DNA of 63,241 nucleotides, the filler included, from Licmophora abbreviata (Eukaryota): NCBI GenBank assembly GCA_900291995.1. It is 9 parts of 9 records of this genome, joined end to end, with 100 filler letters (N's around TTAATTAATTAA, not from the genome) between each part and the next. Parts side by side here need not be neighbours in the genome. Positions count along the whole stretch, not along the records: positions 1 to 7,416 come from OLMU01002448.1; positions 7,517 to 17,511 come from OLMU01002450.1; 7 more parts are not named here. One strand, given 5' to 3'. The notes under the pieces are model-generated. The model did no database searches. It worked only from the letters and a program-made list of their open reading frames with translations, and was not told the origin of the DNA. Position numbers and translations under genes: made by a program. Below, one piece after another: positions 1-12,390 of the stretch; position 1 is the first letter of the stretch; each line of letters opens with the position of its first letter.

Positions 1-641
1 GTTACTTAGAGAAAAACAATATATCTTAGGCAAGCATCGCCTGTCTGGTTTCAGAATCTGTGCCTCTCCACGTTTTTGGTGTCACCAAGACACTCATGCC
101 CGCATTGACGAAGGACGTGCTCACTTGCAGTAGCCGCGGTACAACTTCTTGTCCGCCGCTTGTGCTTAGTAGCACGAGAATGTCCGAACACACAAACAGT
201 CATCGCGTGTGTCTGTGGGGAAGAACTCGGCGACAGTCAGAAAGCGACCCGTGTCAAATCCCTCCGCCTTGCGGAGTTTGACAACGATCACGCCGCCTTC
301 GCTTACGTCGTCGAACAAATTATCGAGAGAGCTCATTCAGCTAAACGCATCTGGTTGCTTCCTCGGTTGTTGTGTGCTGTCATCAATAGTGTTCGGCTCA
401 TCAAGGCAAGCAAAGGCTCTTATCAAATTCGTTCCGGTAAAATTCTGAGTTGGGGTTTTCTTTTTGTCGAAGTTTATGTATCGTAGGTACTCAAATTTGA
501 ATAAAGTGACGGTTAAATAGGCGTTGGCGGCGTACGGCGGACCAGGACGCATTATTTTCAATTTGTGGCGCTCCATCTTCAATCTGGTACTTTTCTTTCG
601 CACGCCACAAAACGTGACGTTCTCACATTTGAAACTTGACC

Positions 642-3600
642 ATGGGGATTTCGGCTGGTCTGCTTGCGAAAACTATTGCCTTTCGGCTGACGTACAATAT
701 ATTATGCCTTCTTGCGATTCTTTTGTTGCGCTTGGCACAGTCCGAAGCGTTTCAGGTGAAGTCTTTCACGCGGAATTGTCAATTAGCACCCTTGTCTCCA
801 AGCCGGATGAGCGCCAAAGCCGCTGCATCGAATGAAACTCCTCAAGCTTTCGCGTCAGGCTATTCTCCGAAGCTTGATCTTCTGGAGGCGATACAAGAAG
901 CCACTGAAATGGCATTGCGGGCTCTTCCCAAGCCGCTGGAAGAAGACGCCACAATCGATCTCGCCATGGTTACCGTGTCGTCTCTATACGATGGTCAATC
1001 CTCCCCTAGTGTTGTTGTTCCCGCCGTTCTCAATAGCGCCTCAGGCTATGGAGTAGGGATTCAGAAGCTTATCGGATGTACGACAGGTGGCATCATTTCT
1101 AGCGTTGCGAATATGGAAGCAATGATCCCATCCGAGGATGAAGATGGAGTACCGGTACAGCCGCGGGCATGTACTGCAATAGAAAGTGAAGGCATTCCTG
1201 GGGTGGCGGTGACCCTCTGCCTTCTTCCAAATGTTGATATTACGGTAAGTCCCGAACCAGAGCTCGAAGTTAGAATAATTCCAACTGTGGAGGGACGAGC
1301 TCATGATTGATATGCCAAATGCCGCTCATGTTTCGCCGCAGACGTTTCACGTGCTCGGCGAAGACGTACCCGACGACACAGGACGAGTGTCGCCCGAATC
1401 GTGGAAGCGATCGGTTGGACTGAACCGATTTGAAATGGCCCCCGTCGACGTTTCGACTGGCGCTCCAGCGTTTATGCTCATTCCTTCGCCCGCGTTTCAA
1501 ACCGACCTGGACGACCTTCTCAGCGGTATTCACTACACTTTCCCAAACAGCACCACGTTCGGGGGCATCGCATCCACAGTATCATCGCTATCAAGAGCGC
1601 GATTGTTCCGATACGACGTTTCTGATCAACATTGCGTGCAGACGTTAGCGGATGGGTGTGTCGGCGTAGCAATGCAGGGGGACCTTATCGTCAGCACAAT
1701 GGTTGCCCAAGGGGCGAAACCTGTAGGCGGAATCTACCGTGTCGTGTCCGGGAATGGCAGCACCATCAAGGCTATCGTGCTCGATGAAGAAACCCCAGAA
1801 GATGAGACAGTCGAAGAAGAAGGCAACAAAGATGAGAGCTTACAGGACGCGAAGGTGAAAGATGCTGCGGCATACGCAAAGGCGAGAATTCCGAAACCCG
1901 TACTAGCTGAAGCCAATTTCCTGATGAATTCGTTGAGCGACGACGACAGGTCGTACATGAGGAAGGCGCTGCTTGTCGGTCTAGAGCGTGGAGGAGCGAT
2001 AGGACGGACGCCGAATGAGCTTGCCCGACTAGCAGCTGGCGAAGGATACCAGTTCTCTGTCCATCAAGTCGCCAGCGCCGGAATGAAGGATGGATCGGTG
2101 ACGCTTCCCCTTGGCACTGTCGAAGTGCAGCCGGGTACAAGACTCCGTTTCTTTGTCCGTGAAAGCGATTTTGCTAAGAAAGAAGTTGAATCGCTTTGGA
2201 TGGGATTCAAAAGGCGTGAGCTTGCGCTGGCCATCCGGAGCACAGACACGGCCGGCAAGCTCGTTCCGTCAGCTTGCATTCTCACGTCTACTCTGGACCG
2301 AGGATCCAAATTCTTCGGTGGAACAGGGGGATTCGAAAGCAATTCTGTATGTCAGTTTCTTCCAAATCTTCCTTGCATGGCAGGTTACTACTCCAACGGT
2401 GTTATTGGGAGACTGGACGATATAGAAATGGGTGAAATTGAACAGGTTTATGGAAGCGGATCAAGTTTTACCTTGTTGGGTAGCAGTAAGTCGATATGGT
2501 GCGATCCGTAGTTGCTCTGGATTGCTTTCTTCTAATACGTCATCCAATTTTGACGACAGAAACACAGCGGCCCGTATTCCTTCCCGCTCGAGGGGCCGCT
2601 GCTGAAGAAGCGGCTGCCCGAGCGAAAGCGAAGAAGGTTGAGATGGAAAGAGCTGTGGCTGCCGCGGAGACGAAGCGGACGCTTCACCCACGGTCGATTC
2701 TGGAGCTTGACAAGCGAGCTCCGAGAGACGCGAAGGGGGAACTCATTCTTAAGCGACGTGAAGTTCACTCTGGAAGGGCGATCAGTGTATCGACAGTAGA
2801 ATGGAGTGTAGCTGAGAAAACTGCCACTCCCACTTCCATGCTTGAAGGTTTCATGTGGGAAAAAGAAACCGAGGTCGATCGGTTTCGGGAACGCGTTCCT
2901 TTGTCGAATCTTGTCAGTCAGTGCCGGCTCTCGGTCAAGGATCCCCAGGTGCCGAAACCACGAGACTGGGTGGGACCCGTTATGTCAGCTTATGAATCGG
3001 AGGGTTTCGTACTGATCCCTGAGTGCAAAAGAATAGAACCGTCGACCGGTAGTCTAAGAAAGCGCTATGATGTCGAAAAGCTTGCAAAAGAGTTTGCATT
3101 GGCAGGCGTCCCGGCTTTGTCTGTGAATTGTGACGGCGTGCTCTTTGGTGGAATGATCGATGACATCGGAAAGGCGCGCATGGCCGCTGGCTCTGCGGCT
3201 TTGGGCGAATCGTTTGGGCACGCTGGCACGGTTGTTCCGCCGATTCTAGCGTCTGACCTTATCTTGTACCCTTACCAGCTGTACAAGCTTCGCCTCGCGG
3301 GCGCTGATGCCATCAATCTGCTCGCAGGTGCACTCGCAAGCAAGGATCTCGTTTATTTGACAAAAATAGCTTCCAGTCTTCAGATTCAGGTGCTCGTTAC
3401 GGTGACTTCGAGGTCTCAAATAGAAGGTCTCATGGCACTCCCCAAGGGCAGTGTTGCGGGTCTTATCATATCCAACCGCGAGCTCGAGGATTTTTCCTTT
3501 GACATGACGGGCGAACAAGCGATTGGCCTCTTGAGGAGCGAAACTCTTTCTAATTTTCGCAAAGTACATGGAGAAGGCGTCCCGGTTTTTGTGGAGGGAA

Positions 3601-3773
3601 GGGTAGGGATCATCGCGCGAGAGAGTGGTAGAGGCGCGAGAAACGTCTCTCCCTATTTGCAGAAGCTCCGAGACGCTGGTGCCATGGGCGCTATTGTAGG
3701 CAGTGGTCTCGCCGTGGGCAATAGTGAAGACGCCATCAAATACCTGGAATCATTGTCGAAAATGACGAAGTGA
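642..3773 (+). CDS. Plastid-targeted FIST-N/FIST-C domain protein fused to a C-terminal IGPS (TrpC)-like TIM barrel; join(642..1244,1342..2485,2560..3773), about 986 aa
   Basis: Three ORFs are joined by phase-compatible GTAAGT...CAG introns (1245-1341, 2486-2559). Signal peptide ends in SEAF. FIST motifs: LIGCTTGGII, FGGIAS, VAQGAKPVG, RLRFFVRE, AGYYSNGVIG. IGPS motifs: LEGFMWEKETEV, IPECKRIEPSTG, PYQLYKLRLAGADAINL, SNREL. Confidence 0.85.
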
Positions 3774-3898
3774 CGGCTGCTAAGAAGTACTACCACCACT
3801 ACTAGTATCTAGTCTTCTGTATTTGGTATCGATGTCAATCGTGCATCCCCTCCAATCACTGACAATTAATACGTTTCCTATTTCGACATCGGTGACTT

Positions 3899-5863
3899 CT
3901 ATACTGTTAATATGATACCTCCCAATAATGATACGACAAACGAGAAGACTGTCGATAGGAACAAATCTCGTGTCCCTGAAGTTGGGGGCGACGGCGGAGC
4001 AGACGATGGCGGAGCAAGGAGACTGGTCGGTAGTGGGGACGATGATGGGACTGCGGAAGGCACCCCTGTCCCGAGAACTGTGGGTGAAGCCGTGGCGTCC
4101 GGTGCCTCCAACAGCTTGTCAAGTACGTAGAAAATCCCGTTATTCGGAAGAGCAACGTCCAATAGCTCCACACCCTCAACGCTGTACGTCGGCGGTTGCC
4201 CGTCTGGCAGATCGACTGAGAATGTGAGTGTGCTACCCAGTAGAGTGACAAGCGTCTCATTGTCCCGCAGGTCCGAGAAATAGTGGTTTCCCTCCACCAA
4301 GTGATGAAGCAGCATTCGAGTAATCGTTTCGTCTACTGGGGTATCAGCAGTAATGCCCGCCTCTGCGAAAGCATTGTCAGTCGGCGCGAAAAACGTCAGC
4401 GGGCTGACACCATCCAACGTGTTGTCCAGTTTCGCTTTTTTCGCCAAGCTAACAAGAACGCTGAAGTCAGCATTCGACTCCCCAACGTCGAGAATGGAAA
4501 GCTGATAGATCCGTGGAATCAAAACTCGATCAATGGTGTGAACTGCCCCATTTACGGCAAACAGATTCGAGTAAAAAGGATGAACTATCGCATCCCCATC
4601 CACCACTACCTGCTGATTTGAATCCAGCGCCACCGTTAGATTCTCCACCGTTGCCACTTCCAGGTACGTCAGATTGAGCATCGTTTCCAAGGATGCTTCG
4701 AAGCCGACAGCTATGTGATGTCGCCATAACTGTCGGTTGTGGTAGTACCAGAGTGGGTCTACGAGTCGTTCGAGGGATGCTTGTGTGAGCTGTCCCAATG
4801 CCTTGTCGGTTGGGGCCAGTACCGTAAATGGCACAGTCTCGTTAAATGGGGACGCCAAACCTAAACTTTCGGTAAAGTTTGACGCTTGCAAGGACCCTGC
4901 AAAGATGTCTAGTGACACTTCCTCATTGGTCAGGTTGCTCAAGCGGTCAATGAGCTCGTTGACGAAGAGTGGCATTATGATCTCAACCACCGAATTGACG
5001 ACTCCATTCTCTCGAAGGATGTCTGTGTCTGAAATTTTGATTCCATTGATTGTGAGGTCGTCTGTCGAGTTTTTAACGAAAGCTGTCTTCCCCAATACAT
5101 CGTCAACGAGCACGGTGGAGTCGTGACTGAGCCGCTCAGTGTACAGGTTTCCTCCGAAGAAGTGAGACAACAACAGGACCTGCGAAAAGCCAGGGTCCGA
5201 CTGTAGGAGCAGCTGAACTTCTGCATCGAGGCTTTCAAACGCGGAGTTCGTTGGTGCGAAAACTGAAATGGGCGATGCTGAGTCTATAGAGCTCGCCAAT
5301 TCGCTTGTCTCCAGAAGCGAAGTCAAGAACGCGTATTCCGGATTCGACCTGAGGTAGGAGGTGATGTTTTCGTTGACGCATTTCGGCGTGAGTATCCCGC
5401 CAATTACATGCACAAGGCCATTCGTAGCTTCGATATCCGTAGTCGTCACAGGAACGTCATTGACCCTTGTCGGATCCAAGCTCACAGTAAGTACACCGAA
5501 ATCATCATTGAGTGTTTGTAACTCTTGTGACTCGGTCAGATTGATGGATCGCACAACGCTGTCGACGACATGATAAGCAAGGACGCAGCTTGCATGGCCC
5601 ACCCAGTCTGGGTCGAGGAGCGTGTCTAAAAGACTTGAATTCGATGAGTTGAACGCAGCATCAGTGGGTGCAAATACAGTATATCCAAGGTCAGATGTAT
5701 CGAAGAGGGCGAGCAAACCCGTGGCTTCCAATAGGTCTTCCAAAATGTCGAAGTCTGGACCATCTCGAACCAAGTCTCCAATAGTTTGGGCCCCAGACAA
5801 TCCTAGCGATGTGCTGAGGAGGATCAGCACCGACGTCACTGTTCTTGCGGAAAGAAACGCCAT
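3899..5863 (-). CDS. Secreted/cell-surface fasciclin protein with about four FAS1 repeats, a Pro/Ser/Thr linker and a hydrophobic (GPI-like) tail
   Basis: Repeated FAS1 motifs TVFAPTDAAF, SVFAPTNSAF, TVLAPTDKAL, TFFAPTDNAF and NGxxH/xIDxVL; N-terminal signal peptide from MAFLSART; intronless. Confidence 0.92.
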   Translation of the reverse strand: MAFLSARTVTSVLILLSTSLGLSGAQTIGDLVRDGPDFDILEDLLEATGLLALFDTSDLGYTVFAPTDAAFNSSNSSLLDTLLDPDWVGHASCVLAYHVVDSVVRSINLTESQELQTLNDDFGVLTVSLDPTRVNDVPVTTTDIEATNGLVHVIGGILTPKCVNENITSYLRSNPEYAFLTSLLETSELASSIDSASPISVFAPTNSAFESLDAEVQLLLQSDPGFSQVLLLSHFFGGNLYTERLSHDSTVLVDDVLGKTAFVKNSTDDLTINGIKISDTDILRENGVVNSVVEIIMPLFVNELIDRLSNLTNEEVSLDIFAGSLQASNFTESLGLASPFNETVPFTVLAPTDKALGQLTQASLERLVDPLWYYHNRQLWRHHIAVGFEASLETMLNLTYLEVATVENLTVALDSNQQVVVDGDAIVHPFYSNLFAVNGAVHTIDRVLIPRIYQLSILDVGESNADFSVLVSLAKKAKLDNTLDGVSPLTFFAPTDNAFAEAGITADTPVDETITRMLLHHLVEGNHYFSDLRDNETLVTLLGSTLTFSVDLPDGQPPTYSVEGVELLDVALPNNGIFYVLDKLLEAPDATASPTVLGTGVPSAVPSSSPLPTSLLAPPSSAPPSPPTSGTRDLFLSTVFSFVVSLLGGIILTV

Positions 5864-6456
5864 GGTGATCTGAACGCCAAGTTCGATCAATCGTGTGAGT
5901 GGTGATGACGAGAGTACGACGTACCGGTAGACTTAGTTGAATGCATGCGTCCTCGGGTCATTTTGTGGGCAAAGACTTCATCCGTCCCTATAGAAAATCT
6001 TCGTTAAGATGTCATGCGTTGAGAATATAAATATATTATACACGATTGTATAAATTGTATGATCTTTCGTGCATGACCGCGAGTATTTTAGCTATACACT
6101 CGTACGATACTTTATGTTACAGTGTATTCTTGTGGGACGGATGGACTGACGGACTCGAGTCACGACGCAGAGAGGACGAACTCACTACTCGTACATTCAT
6201 CAGCCCAACATTCAACATTTAGCATTCATCATTCATCAACCATCATCATCAGCAACCCATCGAATGTGCGTGGCCACAAGACGATGCCATTGTTGTCGCT
6301 GGATAGAAACGTGTCTTTTCAAAGCTGTCCAACCCGTTGACTCCCTCTCTTGACGACTAGGGGCCATCTTGTGAAGGCTCGTCACCTCTACAGAGCCTGG
6401 GTTTTGCGTCTACCTGGTACAGTACTAGTATTGCATCTTTTTGTGTACTCACGACG

Positions 6457-7020
6457 ATGGGTCGCTCGCAGGTGCTTTACAACCAAAAACATGGTCGTCC
6501 TGGTTCTAGTGGGGGTCGTGGACGGGGACATACACATCCCGCTCGCCAACAGAGTCAGCCAAAGCCCCACGGAGATAACTCTTGGAGGTTCCAGAAGTCA
6601 GGAACAGGTATAGGTGACGCCGGCGAGGTAGGGCTCGACCAAAACTCGTCAGAGATAGGTTTTCTCGGAAACTCTGGTCCCATGTACAATGAAGATACCC
6701 CGCCCTCTCAAAATTTGGATGGAAACCTTGATTCTGAGATTATGAAGGGACTCCTGGACTTGCGCGTCATGGGCGAGGCGCTCTCGAAGCTATCAGTGGC
6801 TGGTAGACTTCGGATACCGCCACATCTGACGTCGCACTTGGAGACGGGTGCACCGAAAGTAGGCAACGCAAGTGAGTTGGTAAATGATGGAGAAATACTG
6901 AGCTCCGCTCCAAGGTCCGAGTTGGGTTCACTCCAACATGAACGAGACGACAAGGAACAGGAGGCCGCAGACGACCCCGAGGAAGATCTCGACGCCTGGC
7001 TGGAAACTGTGATTTCATAA
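6457..7020 (+). CDS. Small AVEN/CER16-like protein, 187 aa
   Basis: ATG-initiated ORF with an RG-rich N-terminus, DNSWRF, ALSKLSVAGRLRI and C-terminal EEDLDAWLETVIS, which recalls the EEELEDWLDSMIS end of AVEN. Confidence 0.6.
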   Translation: MGRSQVLYNQKHGRPGSSGGRGRGHTHPARQQSQPKPHGDNSWRFQKSGTGIGDAGEVGLDQNSSEIGFLGNSGPMYNEDTPPSQNLDGNLDSEIMKGLLDLRVMGEALSKLSVAGRLRIPPHLTSHLETGAPKVGNASELVNDGEILSSAPRSELGSLQHERDDKEQEAADDPEEDLDAWLETVIS

Positions 7021-7416
7021 AAAGTAGTCTACAGAATTCGGGATCAATACAGGGGATCTACCGGTATGCATGGCCTAGTACCAGGTTCCTGTAGTAGTGG
7101 ACAAAGCGTCGGGGTGTTCCTTGGTGGATCGGTATAATGATTAAAGTTCTAGAGCACTATCGATTCGAGGTCATTCGCTGAGGTCTCCTGTCATTCCATA
7201 CATACACTTTTGAAACTAAGTTTCTCTTTCGCCTGCCCGTGAATGAAGAGTTTCTTGGTGTGATCCATTAGCGGCATATTGCTTGAGGCCAAAATGGAAA
7301 TCTCCGGATCGTGCTCTCGGGTGAGAAGGCAAAGGTTTCACTTCCGCTGGTAGCTGAGCAGTATGAGGATGCTTGGGACCCTTAAAAATCTTGAGACGCG
7401 GCTCAATGTAAGCGTG

Positions 7417-7516
7417 NNNNNNNNNNNNNNNNNNNNNNNNNNNNNNNNNNNNNNNNNNNNTTAATTAATTAANNNNNNNNNNNNNNNNNNNNNNNNNNNN
7501 NNNNNNNNNNNNNNNN
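7417..7516. other. Artificial scaffold linker N44-TTAATTAATTAA-N44. Identical linkers lie at 17512-17611, 25934-26033, 42316-42415, 48160-48259, 54761-54860, 58567-58666 and 60795-60894
   Basis: The same 100-nt structure, with a six-frame-stop core, occurs eight times. Confidence 0.98.
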
Positions 7517-8543
7517 CAAGAACGATCAGGCGATGCTGTCGGACAATCCTCCAGACAACGTCACGGGAACAAACGCCCTACCGGAGCTGGAGAAGCCTTT
7601 GCAGCTGGCGATTCTTGGCAAGCAGAATGTGGGAAAGTCCACATTGGTGAACGCACTCTTGCAAAAGGAGCGAGTGATTGCTGGTCCGACCCCTGGGCTC
7701 ACCCGTGATGCCATTGCCATCGAATTTGTGTGGAACGGGAGGAAAGTGCAGCTAGTGGACACAGCTGGCATTCGCAAAATCTCGCAACGTGCCGATACGA
7801 TTGAAAATTTGGCGGTCCAGGACGCGATGCGAGCCATGAAGATTGCAGACGTTGCAGTGCTCGTAATTGATGCCAAAGCGCAGTATCTCACTCGACAAGA
7901 GCTGGTAATTGCCGACGCAGTCGTCAAGGAGGGACGCTCGCTGGTATTGGCAGCCAATAAGATGGATCTCTTGGTTGACGACGAGTATACAGCCCAGCAG
8001 TATGCGCACGCTGTACAAGAGCAGCTTTATGAGCGAATTCCGGTACTAAGGCGAACGCCGGTGGTTGCCATGAGCTCACTTTCTGGTGAGGGAGTAAAGA
8101 ATCTCCTGCCGGTTGTATTTGACGCCCGAGACCGATGGGCTCGTAAGGTGTCGACTGGTGTCTTAAATCGATGGATATTTGAAGTCGTTCGCGGTCAGCC
8201 TCCCCCAATGTCTCAGGGGCGACCAATCAAAATCAAGTACATAATACAAACAAAGGGGCGCCCCCCGACGTTTCTTCTTTTTTGCAACAAGAGCGAACTT
8301 CCATCAAGCTACATGCGCTACTTAGTGCGAAACTTTCAGGAAACGTTCGACCTATATGGAATGGAAGTACGAATGGCCGTGAAAAATTCAGAAGGGAATC
8401 CCTTCTCAAGCACCCGTGTCGTGCGCGGGGGGTCCGGACTAGGCGGGAAGCATGCACGAAAGGCACGGCTATCAAAAACTTTGAAAACGACTGGTAGAAT
8501 GCTCAAGCGCAAGCGACGTCGAAGACATGATACTTGGAGATAG
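7517..8543 (+). CDS. der: Organellar ribosome-biogenesis GTPase Der/EngA, 3' part only (second G domain + KH domain); 5' end lost in the gap
   Basis: GKQNVGKS, PGLTRDAI, DTAGIRK, NKMD, and KH-like IKIKYIIQTKGRPPTFLLF...YMRYL. Confidence 0.9.
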
Positions 8544-9079
8544 GCGTGCCTGGGTGTGCAACTAACAGGTACAGAACGACGAAACTGTTAGACCGGCGGA
8601 ACTCATCGCCGACTTGGGTAATGAGACCGTGCCAATGTATCGCGCACAGGTCTCTCAGCGTCTCGCTGCATTCACCGTTCTTCGTTTGAATGTTATGATA
8701 CATCTTTGCCGATAAATATCGGACTCGAGCCGGAGTTGCCTAGACTATTACCTCAGCATAATACTTTTTAGAGTACCTGGTACCAGGTAGCTAGTTTAGC
8801 CTGTCGCTGAGGGAGTGTGAGTAAAGTCGAGTTAGTTTGCGGTAGGTCTATAGCCAGTGTGTCAGTGCAGTCAGATGATGAGTCGAGTCATCAGTCAGTC
8901 ATCAGTCGCGAATCGCACAGTGACAATCGACTCGTACATACCGACGGACGGTATGGATACCGATAGCCGTCGATGCGGTCGTCGTCGCGATGATGTGGTG
9001 ACTGTGATGTTGAACGCGTTGTTTGTTGTGTGTCTTGGTTCACTCGTCACAGTTCTCTCTTTCTCTGTGGTAACTGACA

Positions 9080-12000
9080 ATGATGAAGTTTTGCAAAACT
9101 GCCGTGGCGCTGCTTGTATCCTCGTCTCCAGCGTCCTACGCGTTTGGAGTGGTTCGATCGTCGCCAGGATCTCGACGCGCGTCGGGCACAGCGGCTCTGT
9201 CCGCCTTGCATCAGCGTCGTCGCGATGCGTCTCGCTTGGGCATGCTCCTTCCTGTGCCCGCGCAGCAGTGCCCTGCTCCTACCGGTATGCTAGGGGAAGC
9301 ATCCTGCTCGCAACGCTTGCTTTCGACGCGGGGCGGATCTTCCAGCTCCAAGACAGCGCTGAACAGTGCCGTGGCCGATACGGAAACCGAGGCTCCCGTC
9401 GAGAACTTCCGCAAGGACTACAAGCCTCTCCCGTTCGTCACAAAGAACATTTCTATGGACCTTGACATAAGGGACGGAAAAACTACTGTCGCTAGCTCCC
9501 TCTCGCTTCTCCCGAATCCTGCCTCATCTTCTACAGAAGATTTCGTCTTGGATGGTGATGAGTCATCTGTCAAACTACTCAGTCTGCAGTTCGAGGGACG
9601 CGACCTGGAAGAGGGCGTTGACTACGCACTCAAACCTGGCCGATTGATGGTCAAGTCTTCCTTGCTGGGGGAGGGTGGTGTGTTGAAGACTGTCGTGGAG
9701 ATTGTGCCGGAGGAAAACACACAGTTGAGCGGACTTTACAAGAGTGGAGCCATGTACTGCACTCAGTGTGAGGCCATGGGCTTTCGTCGAATTACGTATT
9801 ATCCTGACAGGTGCGCGTACCGGGATCGAAATATCGAAATGGCCATGGGTCAGTGTATAGTCGAATTTCTCACTATATAACCTAACTCTCATTCTCTGTG
9901 TCCTGTCGTTTTGCTTGCAGGCCCGACAACATGGCTGTCTTTGACCGTATCCGCATCGAAGCCAACAAGGAGAACTACCCAGTGCTCCTGTCCAACGGAA
10001 ATCTTGTTGAAAAGGGAGACGCCAAGGACGGCCGTCACTATGCTGTGTGGCAAGATCCGTTTCCGAAGCCCTCGTACCTCTTTGCTGCTGTCGCTGGAAA
10101 ATTGGGCTCCATACAAGATTCATACAAAACCATGTCTGGGCGCGACGTTCAGCTGGAAATATTCTCCGAACCGGAAAATGTCCATAAGCTTGACTACGCG
10201 ATGGAAAGCTTGAAGCGTAGCATGAAATGGGACGAGGACAAGTTCGGATTGGAGTACGACCTAGATTTGTACAATATTGTCGCCGTGAATGACTTTAACA
10301 TGGGCGCAATGGAAAACAAGGGTCTCAACGTCTTCAACACGGCGTATGTGCTGGCTGATCCAGCAACAGCTACAGATGTTGACTATGAGCGCGTCGAGGC
10401 CGTGATCGGGCACGAGTACTTCCATAATTGGAGTGTACGTTGACATTCTCCTGTGTGTTCTCATTTACTGCGGCGGGTTGTGTTGTATGCAATTATGAAC
10501 TCACATGTATGCTGTTCGTCTCCGACATTGAAAAGGGCAACCGCGTTACCTGCCGCGATTGGTTCCAGCTTACTTTGAAGGAGGGCTTGACAGTCTTCCG
10601 CGATCAAGAGTTCTCTGGAGACATGGGGTCGAACGCCGTCAAGCGTATCGAAGACGTCCGTGGGCTTCGCGGGCGACAGTTCAATGAAGACGCTGGACCA
10701 ATGTCGCATCCGATCCGCCCCGAAAGTTACATATCGATGGATAACTTCTACACGGCTACCGTTTACAGCAAGGGAGCAGGTACGTCTTCCTTTACCGCTG
10801 TGTCACTGGTAAGCTGGTTTTTTATCTTCAGACTCTCACGCTCCTCTGCTCATCGCCCACCAGAGGTGATCCGGATGTACAATACGATTCTCTCTGCAGA
10901 AGGATTTCGCAAAGGAATGGACCTTTATTTCGAACGTCATGATGGGTCCGCGGTGACTTGCGACGACTTTCGCCTTGCGATGGCTGACGCAAACGGAGTC
11001 GATCTGGAGCAGTTTGGCCTTTGGTACTCTACCCCCGGAACCCCCGTTGTTACGTACTCGTCGCTGTATGACGCAGCCATTGGAACATTTAGTCTGACCT
11101 TGTCGCAGAAGAGCAATAGCGACTCGCCTTTGCATATCCCTGTTTCCATCGGCTTGTTGGATAAGTCGACAGGTAGAGAAGTTGTCCCGACGGTCGTGCT
11201 GGACTTGAAAGAAGAGACACAGACTTTCGACTTCCCCGATCTGAGAGGCGACGTCGTCCCGTCCATCCTGCGAGACTTTTCTGCGCCTGTCAAACTCGAA
11301 TCGGCCGATGGACCGGACGACGAGGAGGCGCTTGCTTTCTTGGCCGCGCGTGACACAGATGGGTTCAACAAGTGGGAGGCTGGCCAGAAGTTGTACACGT
11401 CGCTCATTTTCCAGAAGATGGAAGGCAAAGAGTCATCCAAGACCCTGGAATATGTCAACGAGGCATTCGGCAGGACGCTTCTCGATGCGGACTCGTCGGA
11501 TTATTCTATTCAAGCGTATGCACTATCGCTCCCAACGGAGTCCACACTTGCTGAGTTGGTGGACGTCGTGGACCCTGTTGCGATTCGCATAGCGCGGGGA
11601 GCTGTCAAGAAAGGAATTGCTCGAAAGTTCCAGAAGGAGCTCGCCTCACTCTACGACGATATGACTGCATCGATCGAAGGCGAAGGGGGCGAGTTTAAAG
11701 TAGACGCCACCTCAGTCGGAAGAAGGAGGCTTCGAAACGTCCTGCTTGACTACCTCTGCTCTATCAAAGACACCAAGGAAGAACAGAAGGCTGCAGCCGA
11801 ACTAGCGACGGCTCATTTTGGCAAGGCATCAGGAATGACAGACAAAATGGCTGGCCTTAACGCGTTGGCTTCGATGGATGGTGAGGGTGCAGGGCATCGC
11901 GATGCGGCAATTGCAAAGTTCTTCGAGGACGCCGATGGCGATGCATTGGTGTTAAACAAGTGGTTCTCTGTCCAGGCCATGGCAGACTTGCCTGACGTGC

Positions 12001-12326
12001 TGGATCGCGTAAAGAAACTGACGGAGCACCCCGAGTTCACACTCTCGAACCCTAACAGGTGTCGTTCACTGGTCTCAGCTTTTACTATGAACAGCGCGCC
12101 GTACCATGCGGAGGACGGGGCGGGGTACAAATTCCTCGGAGAGATAATCGCCGAATTGGACAAGCTGAACCCTCAAATTTCTTCCCGTATCGCGAACAGT
12201 CTTATTCAGTGGAGGCGATACAACGAGAAACGAGGCGCCTTGATGAAGGGCGAACTGGAGAAGCTCGCAGCCATGAAGCCAATTAGCGATGACTTGTATG
12301 AAGTTGTCACTCGAGGGTTAAAATAA
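9080..12326 (+). CDS. pepN: M1-family aminopeptidase N (PepN type), probably plastid-targeted; join(9080..9810,9921..10434,10536..10779,10864..12326)
   Basis: [30 protein letters not shown](S)[27 protein letters not shown]-terminal NPNRCRSL and LDKLNPQI; presequence ASYAF; three canonical introns. Confidence 0.95.
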
Positions 12327-12390
12327 ACTATAATACTGCTCGATGTAGCCGAGGTTTGTCGTTAGAATAATATAGTACGTCGCCGCTGTT

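Noticed and set aside
1..640. Short ORFs and possible minus-strand splice signals at the window start
   Set aside because: I could not build a consistent exon chain or recognise a protein.
6221..6255. CATT/CATC-rich low-complexity tract, and the TCAG-rich tract at about 8860-8910
   Set aside because: Imperfect simple repeats in promoter or UTR regions; too weak to call as elements.
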